A DNA stretch of 43,348 nucleotides, from contig JAIRSF010000245.1 in NCBI GenBank assembly GCA_031255595.1, positions 1-43,348 of the forward strand, read 5' to 3'. Position numbers and translations under genes: made by a program. A model generated the notes under the pieces. It did no database searches and was not told the DNA's origin. It worked only from the letters and a program-made list of their open reading frames with translations. The DNA is from Tannerella sp. (GTDB lineage: Bacteria > Bacteroidota > Bacteroidia > Bacteroidales > Tannerellaceae). This document shows positions 26,656 through 36,552 of this stretch, in pieces (the stretch's first letter is position 1; every line of letters starts with the position of its first letter).

Positions 26656-27772
26656 AAGAATAAAATGGTTTACCCCTGTTAAACTATTGTTTCTTTCTTT
26701 TTTTGCTTCACTAAATATTCTTTTAGTGATATTTTTCATTGCATCAGCCTATTCCGGCATTATATCGCCGGAAAAAAATATCGTCTTTGCTTATCTCGGC
26801 CTTGCTTTCCCGATCCTTTTGTTTATCAACCTTTGCTTTTTTATTTACTGGATCATCGTAAAAAACTGGTTGATGATTTTTATCCTGACAATGACATTCG
26901 CGGCATGTTGGATCCCGTTTTCGCACTATTGCCCTTTCCATATCAAAACGGAGATCCTTCCGCAGGACAACCTGATCAAAGTGCTTTCATATAATGTGAT
27001 GAGTTTCGCCTATAAAGATCATACCGAAGAATCGCCCAACAAAATCATCCAATTCATTGCCGAATCAAACGCCGATATTGTCTGTTTGCAGGAATATATG
27101 GTAAGCGAACGTTCCAACCTGATGAATTCCAAAGAGGTAGCGGAAGCGTTACCCATGTATCCCTACATCGCGGAAACTATTTTTTCGTCGCCGAAGAAAC
27201 GTTACAAGTTCGGACTGGCCGTATTATCCAAATTCCCGATCACAAAATCACGAAAGATCAATATCCCGTCCACCTACAACGGCGCTTCCGTACATGAAAT
27301 AAATGTAAAAGGCCGAAAGGTCGTACTTTTCAACAATCACTTGGAATCATTCAAACTGACTGCGGAAGACCGATCCAAATATTCGGACATGATTACCGGA
27401 AATCTGGAATTGCTTGACGGGCTGAGCGGTTCCATCCAGCAAAAACTGGGACAAGCTTTTCGCGTACGCGCCGGACAGTCCGAAATAATTGCCGACGAGA
27501 TACGAAAGGAGAACGGGTATTATACGATTGTATGCGGGGATTTCAATGACACCCCCATTTCATACGTACACCGCACCATACAAGGCCCGCTTGTGGATGC
27601 ATACGCCGAATCCGGATTCGGGATGGGCAACTCTTATAACCAGAATTTTTTCCTGTTCCGTATAGACCATATCTTCCATTCATCCAGCATGAAAGCATAC
27701 AACTGCCGCGTCGACAAGCGCGTGAACCTGTCCGACCATTATCCGATCTATTGTTATCTGAAATTAGAGTGA
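26639..27772 (+). CDS. Endonuclease/exonuclease/phosphatase family membrane protein
   Basis: SYNV, DIVCLQE, NNHLES, GDFNDTP, RIDHIF, SDHYP; N-terminal TM segments. Confidence 0.9.
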   Translation: MRAKNRRIKWFTPVKLLFLSFFASLNILLVIFFIASAYSGIISPEKNIVFAYLGLAFPILLFINLCFFIYWIIVKNWLMIFILTMTFAACWIPFSHYCPFHIKTEILPQDNLIKVLSYNVMSFAYKDHTEESPNKIIQFIAESNADIVCLQEYMVSERSNLMNSKEVAEALPMYPYIAETIFSSPKKRYKFGLAVLSKFPITKSRKINIPSTYNGASVHEINVKGRKVVLFNNHLESFKLTAEDRSKYSDMITGNLELLDGLSGSIQQKLGQAFRVRAGQSEIIADEIRKENGYYTIVCGDFNDTPISYVHRTIQGPLVDAYAESGFGMGNSYNQNFFLFRIDHIFHSSSMKAYNCRVDKRVNLSDHYPIYCYLKLE

Positions 27773-27799
27773 ACGAACCATTTAAAAACGATCAAAAGA

Positions 27800-29107
27800 T
27801 CAGATAAACACATATTTAAGGATAAATAAAACGGCAAGGATATACATGGCCGGCGTCAGTTTATAGAATTTGCCGCATAACATATTAAGCAAAACATAAC
27901 CGATCAGACCGATCAGTATTCCGTCGGAAATGCTGTAAGTCATCGGAATCAGCAGAATACAGATAAAAGCCGGGATTGATTCGGAAAACTCGTCCAGGTC
28001 TATATTCCTGATCGAACTAAGCATAAACAACCCCACAATGACCAGAACCGGACAGGTAGCCGCTCCGGGTATCGCCATAAACACAGGCGCAAATAAAAGA
28101 GAAATCGCAAAACATACGGCAACCACAAAGGCGGTCAGACCGGAACGTCCGCCCTGGGCGACTCCGGCCGCGCTCTCGACATAGGTCGTCACCGTACTTG
28201 ATCCTAAAACCGCACCTGCGGTCGTACCGACCGCATCGGCCATAAAGGCTTTGTTTATGTTTCTGACTCTCCCGTCTTTTCCGACAAGCCCGGCTTTTAA
28301 GGCTACACTAACCAATGTCCCTATCGTATCGAATATATCGACAAACAGGAACGTAAAAACAACCGCCAGCATATCTAACGAAAAAATCCGGGACGGATCC
28401 AATTCCAACTGCCAGAATATGGGAGTTATGGAGGGCGGAACACTCACGACCCCTCCATATTGTGTGATACTCATAGGTATACCGATCAGGGTTGTTCCCA
28501 ATATACCGATTAACAAAGCGCCGGGAACCTTCAATATAACCATCACACCTGTAATGACAATACCGATAACCGCCAGAAGCGCGGTTCCGCTCGTAATATC
28601 TCCGAGCGTCACAAGAGTGGCGGAACTTGAAACAATTATACCGCCCCCTTTCAGGCCGATAAAAGCGATGAAAAGCCCGATACCCGCCCCGATAGCGCTG
28701 CGTAGCGAAGCCGGTATGGCATTTACGATGACTTCCCGCAGATTGGTGATGGTAAGCAGAATAAATATAATTCCTTCAATGAATACGGCGGTCAAGGCAA
28801 ATTGCCAACTATAACCCATTGAAAGACAAACCGTATATGCAAAAAAAGCATTCAATCCCATTCCGGGAGCTAATCCGAAAGGCAGTTTTGCCAGGAACGC
28901 CATAACCATCGTTGCAATAACGGATACCAACACCGTAGTTGTAAACAAGGCGCCTTTATCCATACCCGTTTCTCCCATAATGGAGGGATTTACGGCCAAT
29001 ATGTACGACATGGTCAGGAAAGTGGTCACTCCTGCGAGTATCTCCGTTCTGACGGTCGTTTCTTTCGGATCTAATCCGAATAATCTGAACAGCATATTCA
29101 TATCCAT
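27800..29107 (-). CDS. NCS2/AzgA-type purine (guanine/hypoxanthine/adenine) permease
   Basis: TEILAGVTTFLTMSYI, APGMGLNAFF, FDTIGTL, TYVESAAGV..GGRSG. Confidence 0.93.
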   Translation of the reverse strand: MDMNMLFRLFGLDPKETTVRTEILAGVTTFLTMSYILAVNPSIMGETGMDKGALFTTTVLVSVIATMVMAFLAKLPFGLAPGMGLNAFFAYTVCLSMGYSWQFALTAVFIEGIIFILLTITNLREVIVNAIPASLRSAIGAGIGLFIAFIGLKGGGIIVSSSATLVTLGDITSGTALLAVIGIVITGVMVILKVPGALLIGILGTTLIGIPMSITQYGGVVSVPPSITPIFWQLELDPSRIFSLDMLAVVFTFLFVDIFDTIGTLVSVALKAGLVGKDGRVRNINKAFMADAVGTTAGAVLGSSTVTTYVESAAGVAQGGRSGLTAFVVAVCFAISLLFAPVFMAIPGAATCPVLVIVGLFMLSSIRNIDLDEFSESIPAFICILLIPMTYSISDGILIGLIGYVLLNMLCGKFYKLTPAMYILAVLFILKYVFI

Positions 29108-29126
29108 CTATATATTTGCAAGTGAT

Positions 29127-29861
29127 CTAAAAATCCCATCGTATGGCCGCAGTAGGTATGACATATAGTCCGTCGCGGGCCGCAAAATTATAGCTAAACT
29201 CCACTTCCGTACCGATACTCAGGTTAAACCGGTCGTCAAAACCTTTCAGTTTATTGAGATGTAACCAAAATTGAGGTTCGGAAAGAAAAATAAAGTCCCC
29301 GTTTATTGTTTTTTCACGCCAGAAATCGGCAAAACCCGTAAACGTACACATATTGTCTTTTGCAAAATGCAGGTACCATGTACCTGTGACCTGAAAGTTA
29401 TGCGGTTTTTTCGTCACAGACACTTCATCTCCCGAATATTTTTCGACGGAATGTTTCTGAATATACTTATACATGGCACTTAAAGAATAACCGATCTTGA
29501 AATCCGCACGATTGTAGGTATACGTAGCGCCTAAAAGGTATGCATTCCGGATATAGTTCAATCCTCCGTTATACTCTACATGCGCGGAGAAAGGCCCCTG
29601 CCGGAATGTCAATTCACGCGCAATTTCCCAGTACGCGGAAGCGACGCCTGCAGAACTATAATCCATATCTACAAAAAAATAAGTGCTCCCCCATTTGTCG
29701 ACTTTAAACATTTCGACGGTTGATGTAAGAAGAGGCCGCCCGTTCAAATCATCATCATAGACAAATCGCCCGAAATCATAATGTAACTGAACATTCTGTG
29801 TATTAGCCGTATAAACAAATACACTCAGAAGAATAATAAGTAAAAATCTTTCCATAATCAT
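29127..29861 (-). CDS. DUF5020 family outer-membrane protein
   Basis: Signal peptide; QNVQLHYDFG, TVEMFK.DKWGSTYFF.D.DY, EPQFW, C-terminal W.F. Confidence 0.8.
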   Translation of the reverse strand: MIMERFLLIILLSVFVYTANTQNVQLHYDFGRFVYDDDLNGRPLLTSTVEMFKVDKWGSTYFFVDMDYSSAGVASAYWEIARELTFRQGPFSAHVEYNGGLNYIRNAYLLGATYTYNRADFKIGYSLSAMYKYIQKHSVEKYSGDEVSVTKKPHNFQVTGTWYLHFAKDNMCTFTGFADFWREKTINGDFIFLSEPQFWLHLNKLKGFDDRFNLSIGTEVEFSYNFAARDGLYVIPTAAIRWDF

Positions 29862-30034
29862 TGCTATATTTGTTAAAAAGAAAATGCATAATTACAGAAA
29901 AAATTACAATAAATATCAAAAACGAGGTTTTTTTTTTCAACACCGGCAAAGTTCATTCCACACGACCGGCGATTCATCCGGTCTTTATTTACATGAAGAT
30001 AAACCGTTTTCAACAATAAAATAGATAAATTTAT

Positions 30035-30065
30035 TTTGTATTGCTCCTAACTTATATTATCTTTG
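30035..30065 (+). promoter_or_regulatory. coaX operon promoter (TTTG-19 bp-TATCTTTG)
   Basis: Consensus -33/-7 elements. Confidence 0.7.
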
Positions 30066-30090
30066 CCCCCCTGTTTAATAACATAAAAGA

Positions 30091-30822
30091 GTGAATCTAA
30101 TCGTAGAACAAGGTAACACAAAGCTAAAAGTAGCGGTATTCGACTACGGGAAGATCATCTCTTATGCTTTTTTAGACAAAGACGACAGATCCTCCGTCGA
30201 AGATATACTTAAAGAGTATCATCCGACGGCAGGTATTATTTCTTCTGTCGCCGATACGGACGAGTTATTGGTTTATGCTTTGAAAGAACGCTTACGGCGC
30301 CTTTTATGGTTGAATGAACATACGCCGATACCCATCCGTTTGGAATACGAAACAAAAGATACGTTGGGCAAAGACCGGATTGCGGCTGCCGTAGGGGCAC
30401 ATCATTTACAACCGGGACGCGACCTGTTGGTTATTGACGCCGGAACGGCCGTCACGTACGAACTAATCGAATCGTCCGGGGTCTACAAAGGCGGTAACAT
30501 ATCACCCGGATTAACGACCCGCTTCCGCGCACTCAACCGGTTCACGAAGCAGTTGCCCCTGATAGAAGAAAAAGAGGAGGTGCCGTTTATCGGAACAAGC
30601 ACCGAATCTGCAATTCTGGCCGGCGTAGTGAACGGAATGGTTTATGAAATGGACGGATATATTGATACGCTAAAAGTAAAATACGGTGACATTTTTGTTT
30701 TTTTAACAGGAGGCCACTCATTTTATTTTGAAAGACGGCTTAAAAATCACATCTTTGCAGACGCAAATTTGGTTTTAGTTGGTTTAAACAGAATATTAGA
30801 ATATAATGCAGAAAAGAATTAA
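30091..30822 (+). CDS. coaX: Type III pantothenate kinase
   Basis: EQGNTKLK, TLGKDRI, VIDAGTAVT, GGNISPG, LTGG; GTG start. Confidence 0.93.
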   Translation: MNLIVEQGNTKLKVAVFDYGKIISYAFLDKDDRSSVEDILKEYHPTAGIISSVADTDELLVYALKERLRRLLWLNEHTPIPIRLEYETKDTLGKDRIAAAVGAHHLQPGRDLLVIDAGTAVTYELIESSGVYKGGNISPGLTTRFRALNRFTKQLPLIEEKEEVPFIGTSTESAILAGVVNGMVYEMDGYIDTLKVKYGDIFVFLTGGHSFYFERRLKNHIFADANLVLVGLNRILEYNAEKN

Positions 30823-32044
30823 TCTGATGATTGTGTCGGGACTTTTGTCTTTTTTCGCCTTCTCTCTGACGGCGCAAAACAGTACAAACTCACCCTATAC
30901 ACGTTATGGATATGGAGAATTGGCCAATCGCTCATTCGGAGCGGGCAGGTCTATGGGGGGAGTGGGAATCGGATTGCGTTCATCCAAGCAGATTAATCCG
31001 ATGAATCCTGCGTCATATTCGTGCATGGACTCCATGACGTTTTTATTTGACTTCGGAGCATCGGCCCAATTGTCCCAGTACAGTGACGGGATAAATAAGC
31101 AAAACGACATAAACGGAAATGTCGAATACATGGCCATGCAATTTCCGCTTCACCGGCGGATCGCGATGAGCGCCGGATTATTGCCTTACACACATGTAGG
31201 ATATAATTTCAGCAGCATAAATATTTCCGATGGGGAAACTTATCAGGAAGTATTTACCGGAACGGGCGGATTAAACCTATTGTATGCCGGATTGTCTATG
31301 GATTTATGGAAGAAACGTCTTTCTGTGGGCGCCAATATCAATTATATGTTCGGCGCTATCAATCATGAGGCGAGAACGGTTTACGGCTCACCGAATACGA
31401 CAAACATTATAAATACAAAGGAGTATAAATTCAGCGACGTTACATTTGACTTCGGACTGCAATACACGCATCCGCTGAGTAAAACGGAACGTTTCGTATC
31501 GGGGCTTACTTATACGCCCCGGAAACGGCTGAACAACGATGTATACGAGAGGGTAACCGATTCGGAAAGCACAACCGATACCATAACCGGCAAATCGTTT
31601 GGGCTTCCGGCCGAATACGGATTGGGACTGTCGTATATAAAAGATAATAAGTGGCTCATCGCTGCCGATTTTTCATATCAGGAATGGAAAAATGCAACGT
31701 TTGAAGGGAAAAGCGATCATTTCAAAAACCGCTCGAAAGTGAAGGCGGGAGTTGAATACATCCCCAATTTATATTCCCGCCCGTATTTCAACCGCGTACG
31801 ATACCGGTTAGGTGCAAGTTATTCCGACTCGTATGTTCGAATAAACGGCAACAGTTACAAGGAATACGGAGTTACCGTCGGGCTCGGATTTCCGATAAGC
31901 GACGCGCGTTCTTATATTAATGTATCTTTTGAATACATGAACATAAGCCCGAATGCGAAGACTATGATTAAAGAAAATTACTTGAGAATGACATTGAGCT
32001 ATACATTTAACGAGTATTGGTTCTTTAAAATGAAGATAGATTGA
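30806..32044 (+). CDS. Outer-membrane beta-barrel protein (FadL-like)
   Basis: Signal peptide, NSPYTRYGYG, MGG, NPASY; terminal aromatic-rich strand. Confidence 0.75.
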   Translation: MQKRINLMIVSGLLSFFAFSLTAQNSTNSPYTRYGYGELANRSFGAGRSMGGVGIGLRSSKQINPMNPASYSCMDSMTFLFDFGASAQLSQYSDGINKQNDINGNVEYMAMQFPLHRRIAMSAGLLPYTHVGYNFSSINISDGETYQEVFTGTGGLNLLYAGLSMDLWKKRLSVGANINYMFGAINHEARTVYGSPNTTNIINTKEYKFSDVTFDFGLQYTHPLSKTERFVSGLTYTPRKRLNNDVYERVTDSESTTDTITGKSFGLPAEYGLGLSYIKDNKWLIAADFSYQEWKNATFEGKSDHFKNRSKVKAGVEYIPNLYSRPYFNRVRYRLGASYSDSYVRINGNSYKEYGVTVGLGFPISDARSYINVSFEYMNISPNAKTMIKENYLRMTLSYTFNEYWFFKMKID

Positions 32045-32072
32045 TTGTAAAACAACTTAAATTTACAAAAAT

Positions 32073-33437
32073 ATGAAGAGCAAAGTTTTTATTTTAGTAT
32101 TAAGTGCATTTATAGCGATAAATATGAATGCACAAAAAGGTATAGACCAGGGGACGCCATACGGTTCGGGTGAAGACAGCGTACGCTGTATCACCAACAT
32201 CAGTTTGTTCATACCGTATGCCAAATCCGGAAATTTCAAAGATGCACATCCTTACTGGAAAGCTGTGTATGATGAATGTCCGGCATCTACTAAAAATATT
32301 TATATCTATGGGGTCGACATCATAAACTGGCAAATATCACAGGAGAATGACGCCGCAAAAAAAGAAGCGCTTATCAATGATTTAATGAAATTATATGATG
32401 ACCGCATCAAATATTTCGGCGATGACAATCGTTACGGAAAAGATTGGATTGTATCACGTAAAGCGCAAAATTACAACCAACTCAAAGGAGAAGGTACGGA
32501 TCCGGCCGTCATATATAAATGGACCGGAGAAGTGATGGATGAGTTTAAAGAAAAAACGGAAGCTTTAGCCGTTTCTCTTTATATGTTTGCTTCATTCAAG
32601 ATACTGCAGAATGATATGGATAAACATAAAGCGCAGTATGTCGAAGACTTCCTGAAAACCTCTGCAATACTTGATGCACAGATAGAAACGGCTAAAAAGG
32701 CGAACAACGCGAAAGATGAAGAGAATATTATCGCAAGGAAGGTAGAAATCGAAAAGAATTTTGTGTTAAGCGGTGCGGCCGACTGTGAAATACTGCAAAG
32801 CATATACGGCGCTAAAATAGAGGAAAACAAGACTAATCTCGATTTTCTGAAAGAAACATTAACGCTACTCCGCCGGGTGAACTGCCGCGAAATAGATGCA
32901 TTTTTCACAGCATCGGAATATGCGCATAACATTGAACCTACTCCCGAATCGGCTATGGGCCTCGGCTCCAAAGCTTTCAGGGAAAAAGACTTTGCGGCAG
33001 CCGAAAAATACTACAACGAAGCGATAGAAATGAGTGATAACGCCGAAATCAAGGCGGAATTATATTATGCCCTGGCGGCAATGGCGCAACAGCAAAACAG
33101 TTTTGTCAAAGCGAAACAACTCAGTCTGAAATGTCTGGCCGAAAATCCGAATTACGGACGCGCTTACATGTTGATTGCTATGTGCTACGCCTCCGGAGCA
33201 AAAACCGCATTCCCGGACGATCAGGTACTGACGAAGTGTGTATACTATACGGTAGTAGACAAATTGGAAAAAGCGCGCCAGGTGGATTCGTCTTTAGCGG
33301 AAGAAGCCGGAAAACTGATCAATACCTACAAAAAATATTATCCGACCAAAGAGGAAATATTTATGCATCCGGAAATTGATCAGGGAAAATCATTCTCTAT
33401 CGGTGGATGGATCGGCGAAACGGTTACGATCAGATAA
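32073..33437 (+). CDS. Secreted TPR protein
   Basis: Signal peptide, helical TPR-like repeats, C-terminal YP..EEIF...GWIGETV. Confidence 0.8.
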   Translation: MKSKVFILVLSAFIAINMNAQKGIDQGTPYGSGEDSVRCITNISLFIPYAKSGNFKDAHPYWKAVYDECPASTKNIYIYGVDIINWQISQENDAAKKEALINDLMKLYDDRIKYFGDDNRYGKDWIVSRKAQNYNQLKGEGTDPAVIYKWTGEVMDEFKEKTEALAVSLYMFASFKILQNDMDKHKAQYVEDFLKTSAILDAQIETAKKANNAKDEENIIARKVEIEKNFVLSGAADCEILQSIYGAKIEENKTNLDFLKETLTLLRRVNCREIDAFFTASEYAHNIEPTPESAMGLGSKAFREKDFAAAEKYYNEAIEMSDNAEIKAELYYALAAMAQQQNSFVKAKQLSLKCLAENPNYGRAYMLIAMCYASGAKTAFPDDQVLTKCVYYTVVDKLEKARQVDSSLAEEAGKLINTYKKYYPTKEEIFMHPEIDQGKSFSIGGWIGETVTIR

Positions 33438-33459
33438 AAGCGGACACTTTTTCATTTAT

Positions 33460-34167
33460 ATGACGGATTCCGTTCGGATAAACCCTTTAAAAGGCATGGC
33501 AATCGTTCTGACGACGATTGTTCTGCCTTTTTATTTTCTCGCATCCTGCAGCGGGGATAAGAAAGAAATGATAGAAATCATATTCGACCCCGAAACTTCG
33601 TATACCCTGAAAGAAGCAAATGTTAAAACGTTTATATCGGACTCCGGCGTCACACGATATAAAATTATAACCGACACCATGTTCATCTTTAACAAGGCGT
33701 CCGAGCCTTATTGGTATTTTCCCGATAAGGCATACCTTGAAAAATTTGATACGCTGTTTAATATAATGTTTAGCTGCCGGGCCGATACGGTTCGCTATTT
33801 TCAACGCCGGAGGCTGTGGCAGGCAGACGGTAATGTCGACATTATCAACACAGACGGCACACACTTTGAAACATCCCAATTGTTCTGGGATGAGAATAAG
33901 AAAACAGTCTATTCGGATTCGTTTGTGGTCATTACAAAAGGAGAAGACGTCAATACCGGCGTCGGATTTATTTCGAACGAGGATATGAGTGAGTATAAGA
34001 TATTTAATACTACCGCGGTCATGAACGTAGAAACACAGCGCCGCACGCGGGAAACGGATTCCATTCCGGCAGATTCGGCAGGGAATGAAATCAATCCCGT
34101 AAATCATCCCGAAAGCGCGCAGGACACGATCATTCTCCCTCCTTCAGGCATAAAAGAAAAGGAATAA
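33460..34167 (+). CDS. lptC: LPS export periplasmic protein LptC
   Basis: ISDSGVTRY, ADT, GNV, TSQLFWD, GVGF.SN; start estimated at ATG 33460. Confidence 0.8.
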   Translation: MTDSVRINPLKGMAIVLTTIVLPFYFLASCSGDKKEMIEIIFDPETSYTLKEANVKTFISDSGVTRYKIITDTMFIFNKASEPYWYFPDKAYLEKFDTLFNIMFSCRADTVRYFQRRRLWQADGNVDIINTDGTHFETSQLFWDENKKTVYSDSFVVITKGEDVNTGVGFISNEDMSEYKIFNTTAVMNVETQRRTRETDSIPADSAGNEINPVNHPESAQDTIILPPSGIKEKE

Positions 34168-34309
34168 TGCCCATACCGAAAAAAAAGTTTTTTTTTTATG
34201 TCCGTTTTCATTTTTTTTATACCTTTGTGCGCTTAAACGGGAATCTTTTTATTTTTCAAACAATGAGTTTCCGACAGATTGAATATTAACTGTAATTTTA
34301 AAGTATAGA

Positions 34310-36448
34310 ATGGCAACACTGGAAAAAATCAGAAAAAAAGCGGGTCTTCTGGTCACCGTCGTAGGGGTAGCCCTATTTGCGTTTATCATAGGAGACCTTT
34401 TAAATTCAGGTTCTTCTTTTATGAACCGAAACCAGAACAACGTGGTAGTCGTTAATGGTAACGCGATAGATTATCAGGATTATATGGCCCGCGAAAACGA
34501 ATTGACGGAAGTATATCAGATACAGATGGGTACAACGACGCTTAATGAAAATTATACCAATCAGATCCGCCAGGCCGTATATGAAAATATCATCATGGAA
34601 AATGTGCTTGAGCCACGACTTGACAATCTGGGCATGTACATCACCCCGGAAGAAATGACCGACATGGTGGAAGGAGAAAACATATCGCCCGTACTGCTTC
34701 AGTTGCCCATGTTTCAGAATCCGCAAACCGGTACTTTCGATAGAAGCGCAGTGATCAATTTCCTGAATCAGATAAAGAATATGGACGGATTCCCCGAAAG
34801 TACGCAGGCGCAACTGATGCCGTATAAAACATTATGGCTGTTCTGGGAAAAAACCATCAAACAGAACCGTATGACGGAAAAATATACGACGTTGCTCAAT
34901 AAAGCGGTTGTCGCCAATTCGTTGGAAGCCAAAGACGCATTCGACAACTCTGCGGAAAGTTCCGATATAACCTATGTAATGGAATCGTTTTCAGGTATTG
35001 CGGATTCTACCGTCAACATACCGGCATCCGAAATAGAGAAACTTTACAAAGAACGTAAAGAAATGTTCCGCCAGAGCGAAACCTGTATTATCGACTATAT
35101 AGCCGTTGATATTGTTCCCAGCCGGGAAGATTATGACAAGGCGGCCAAAGAAATGGATGAGATCAAAGCCGAACTGGAAACGACCGAAAACGTAACGGCG
35201 CTCACAAACGAAAAATCCGAACGCAAATATATCAATGCATTCTTTTCCGTAAGCGGGTTCGGAGTAGATCAAGATGCTATCGATTTTGTTACGAAAGCCG
35301 AGATTGGCGATATAGAAGGCCCTATTTTCAAAGATGACAAATACCGCATCCTTAAAATGGTCGACAAAACGGAAGCTCCTGACTCCGTCAATGTATTGGA
35401 AATGACGCTTGCTTCACGCGCAACCGAAGCGGAAACAAAAGCGTATGCGGACAGCTTGTTGAATGTAATAAAAAACGGAGCGGACTTTGCGGAAGTCGTG
35501 AAAGAACATTCTGTTGACCAATTAGCCGAAAATAACGGTGAGATGGGATGGGTCACAGAAGCCGGAGCGTTGCAGGGACTGAATGAAGAATTTAAGAAAA
35601 CGGCGTTTTCGCTTTCCGTCGGTCAATGTGCCATTGTTAAATCAACTTACGGATATCATATTGTAAAGATAACCGACAAAACAAAAAACGTACCGAAATA
35701 TAAAGTAGCCGACATCGAATATACGGTTACCCCCAGCTCTGCTACACGCAGCCAACTTTATAATGCGCTGAACCAGTTTATCGCCAATAATAACAGCGTT
35801 GAGAAAATGGCGGCGGCAGCTAAAGACAATGGTTATGACCTGGTTTCAAACATGCGCGTTTACAAGACGGATATGGTGGTCGGTGCGATTACCGGCGCTC
35901 GCCAGGTGGTTCGCTGGGCATTCAACAACAAAAAGGGACAGATATCGGAAATCAACGAATGTGATGATAAGTTTGTAGTGGCGGCGCACAAAGGAAAGCT
36001 GCCGGAAGGATACCAGTCGTTAGCATCCGTTACGCCCCAGTTGAAAGCGGAACTGGCAGCGAAGAAAAAAGGAGAAGAAATCGCAGCGAACCTGAAAGCG
36101 AAGAATCTGTCGACTATGGCGGCCTATGCGGAAACTATGTCTGCTACTCCCGATACGGTCAGGTTTATCACCATGGCAACGTCGCGTATCACGAATATAG
36201 GCATTGAGCCGAAGTTAAACGCGCTCATTACCCTATCTCCGTTAAACAAAGTAAGCGAGCCGGTTGCCGGCAGTAACGGCGTTTACGTGTTTGAGGTGAT
36301 TAACCGGACAAAAGGAAATAGTATATACGATGAAAGTCAGCAAAAAAATATGATCGAAGCCAATAATTCTTACCGGATCGGGAATTTTGCTTTGCGTTAC
36401 ATGCAACAGGAAGCGGAGATTGAAGATAACCGTATCCGTTTCTATTGA
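34310..36448 (+). CDS. ppiD: SurA-N / parvulin periplasmic chaperone (PpiD-like)
   Basis: MATLEKIR plus TM helix, GADFAEVVKEHS.D...GEMGW, S.YGYHIV, DNRIRFY; TACCTTTG motif at 34220-34227. Confidence 0.85.
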   Translation: MATLEKIRKKAGLLVTVVGVALFAFIIGDLLNSGSSFMNRNQNNVVVVNGNAIDYQDYMARENELTEVYQIQMGTTTLNENYTNQIRQAVYENIIMENVLEPRLDNLGMYITPEEMTDMVEGENISPVLLQLPMFQNPQTGTFDRSAVINFLNQIKNMDGFPESTQAQLMPYKTLWLFWEKTIKQNRMTEKYTTLLNKAVVANSLEAKDAFDNSAESSDITYVMESFSGIADSTVNIPASEIEKLYKERKEMFRQSETCIIDYIAVDIVPSREDYDKAAKEMDEIKAELETTENVTALTNEKSERKYINAFFSVSGFGVDQDAIDFVTKAEIGDIEGPIFKDDKYRILKMVDKTEAPDSVNVLEMTLASRATEAETKAYADSLLNVIKNGADFAEVVKEHSVDQLAENNGEMGWVTEAGALQGLNEEFKKTAFSLSVGQCAIVKSTYGYHIVKITDKTKNVPKYKVADIEYTVTPSSATRSQLYNALNQFIANNNSVEKMAAAAKDNGYDLVSNMRVYKTDMVVGAITGARQVVRWAFNNKKGQISEINECDDKFVVAAHKGKLPEGYQSLASVTPQLKAELAAKKKGEEIAANLKAKNLSTMAAYAETMSATPDTVRFITMATSRITNIGIEPKLNALITLSPLNKVSEPVAGSNGVYVFEVINRTKGNSIYDESQQKNMIEANNSYRIGNFALRYMQQEAEIEDNRIRFY

Positions 36449-36468
36449 TTCTCCTTCGTAAGAAAATA

Positions 36469-36508
36469 AAAAGCTGTCGTTCACAATACCTGTTGTGCGG
36501 CAGCTTTT
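36469..36508 (+). terminator. Intrinsic terminator after ppiD
   Basis: AAAAGCTGTCG...CACAA...TTGTG-CGGCAGCTTTT. Confidence 0.8.
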
Positions 36509-36552
36509 GTTATAATCAAACAACCGCACCTGCACGGTGATTTTCAGATTAC

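Noticed and set aside
25011-27772. Tandem rhomboids plus EEP as a defence system
   Set aside because: HU-rhomboid-rhomboid-EEP is a common core arrangement in Bacteroidetes as I recall, with no sign of mobility
29862-30090. Purine riboswitch upstream of the permease operon
   Set aside because: No purine-aptamer consensus recognised on the minus strand
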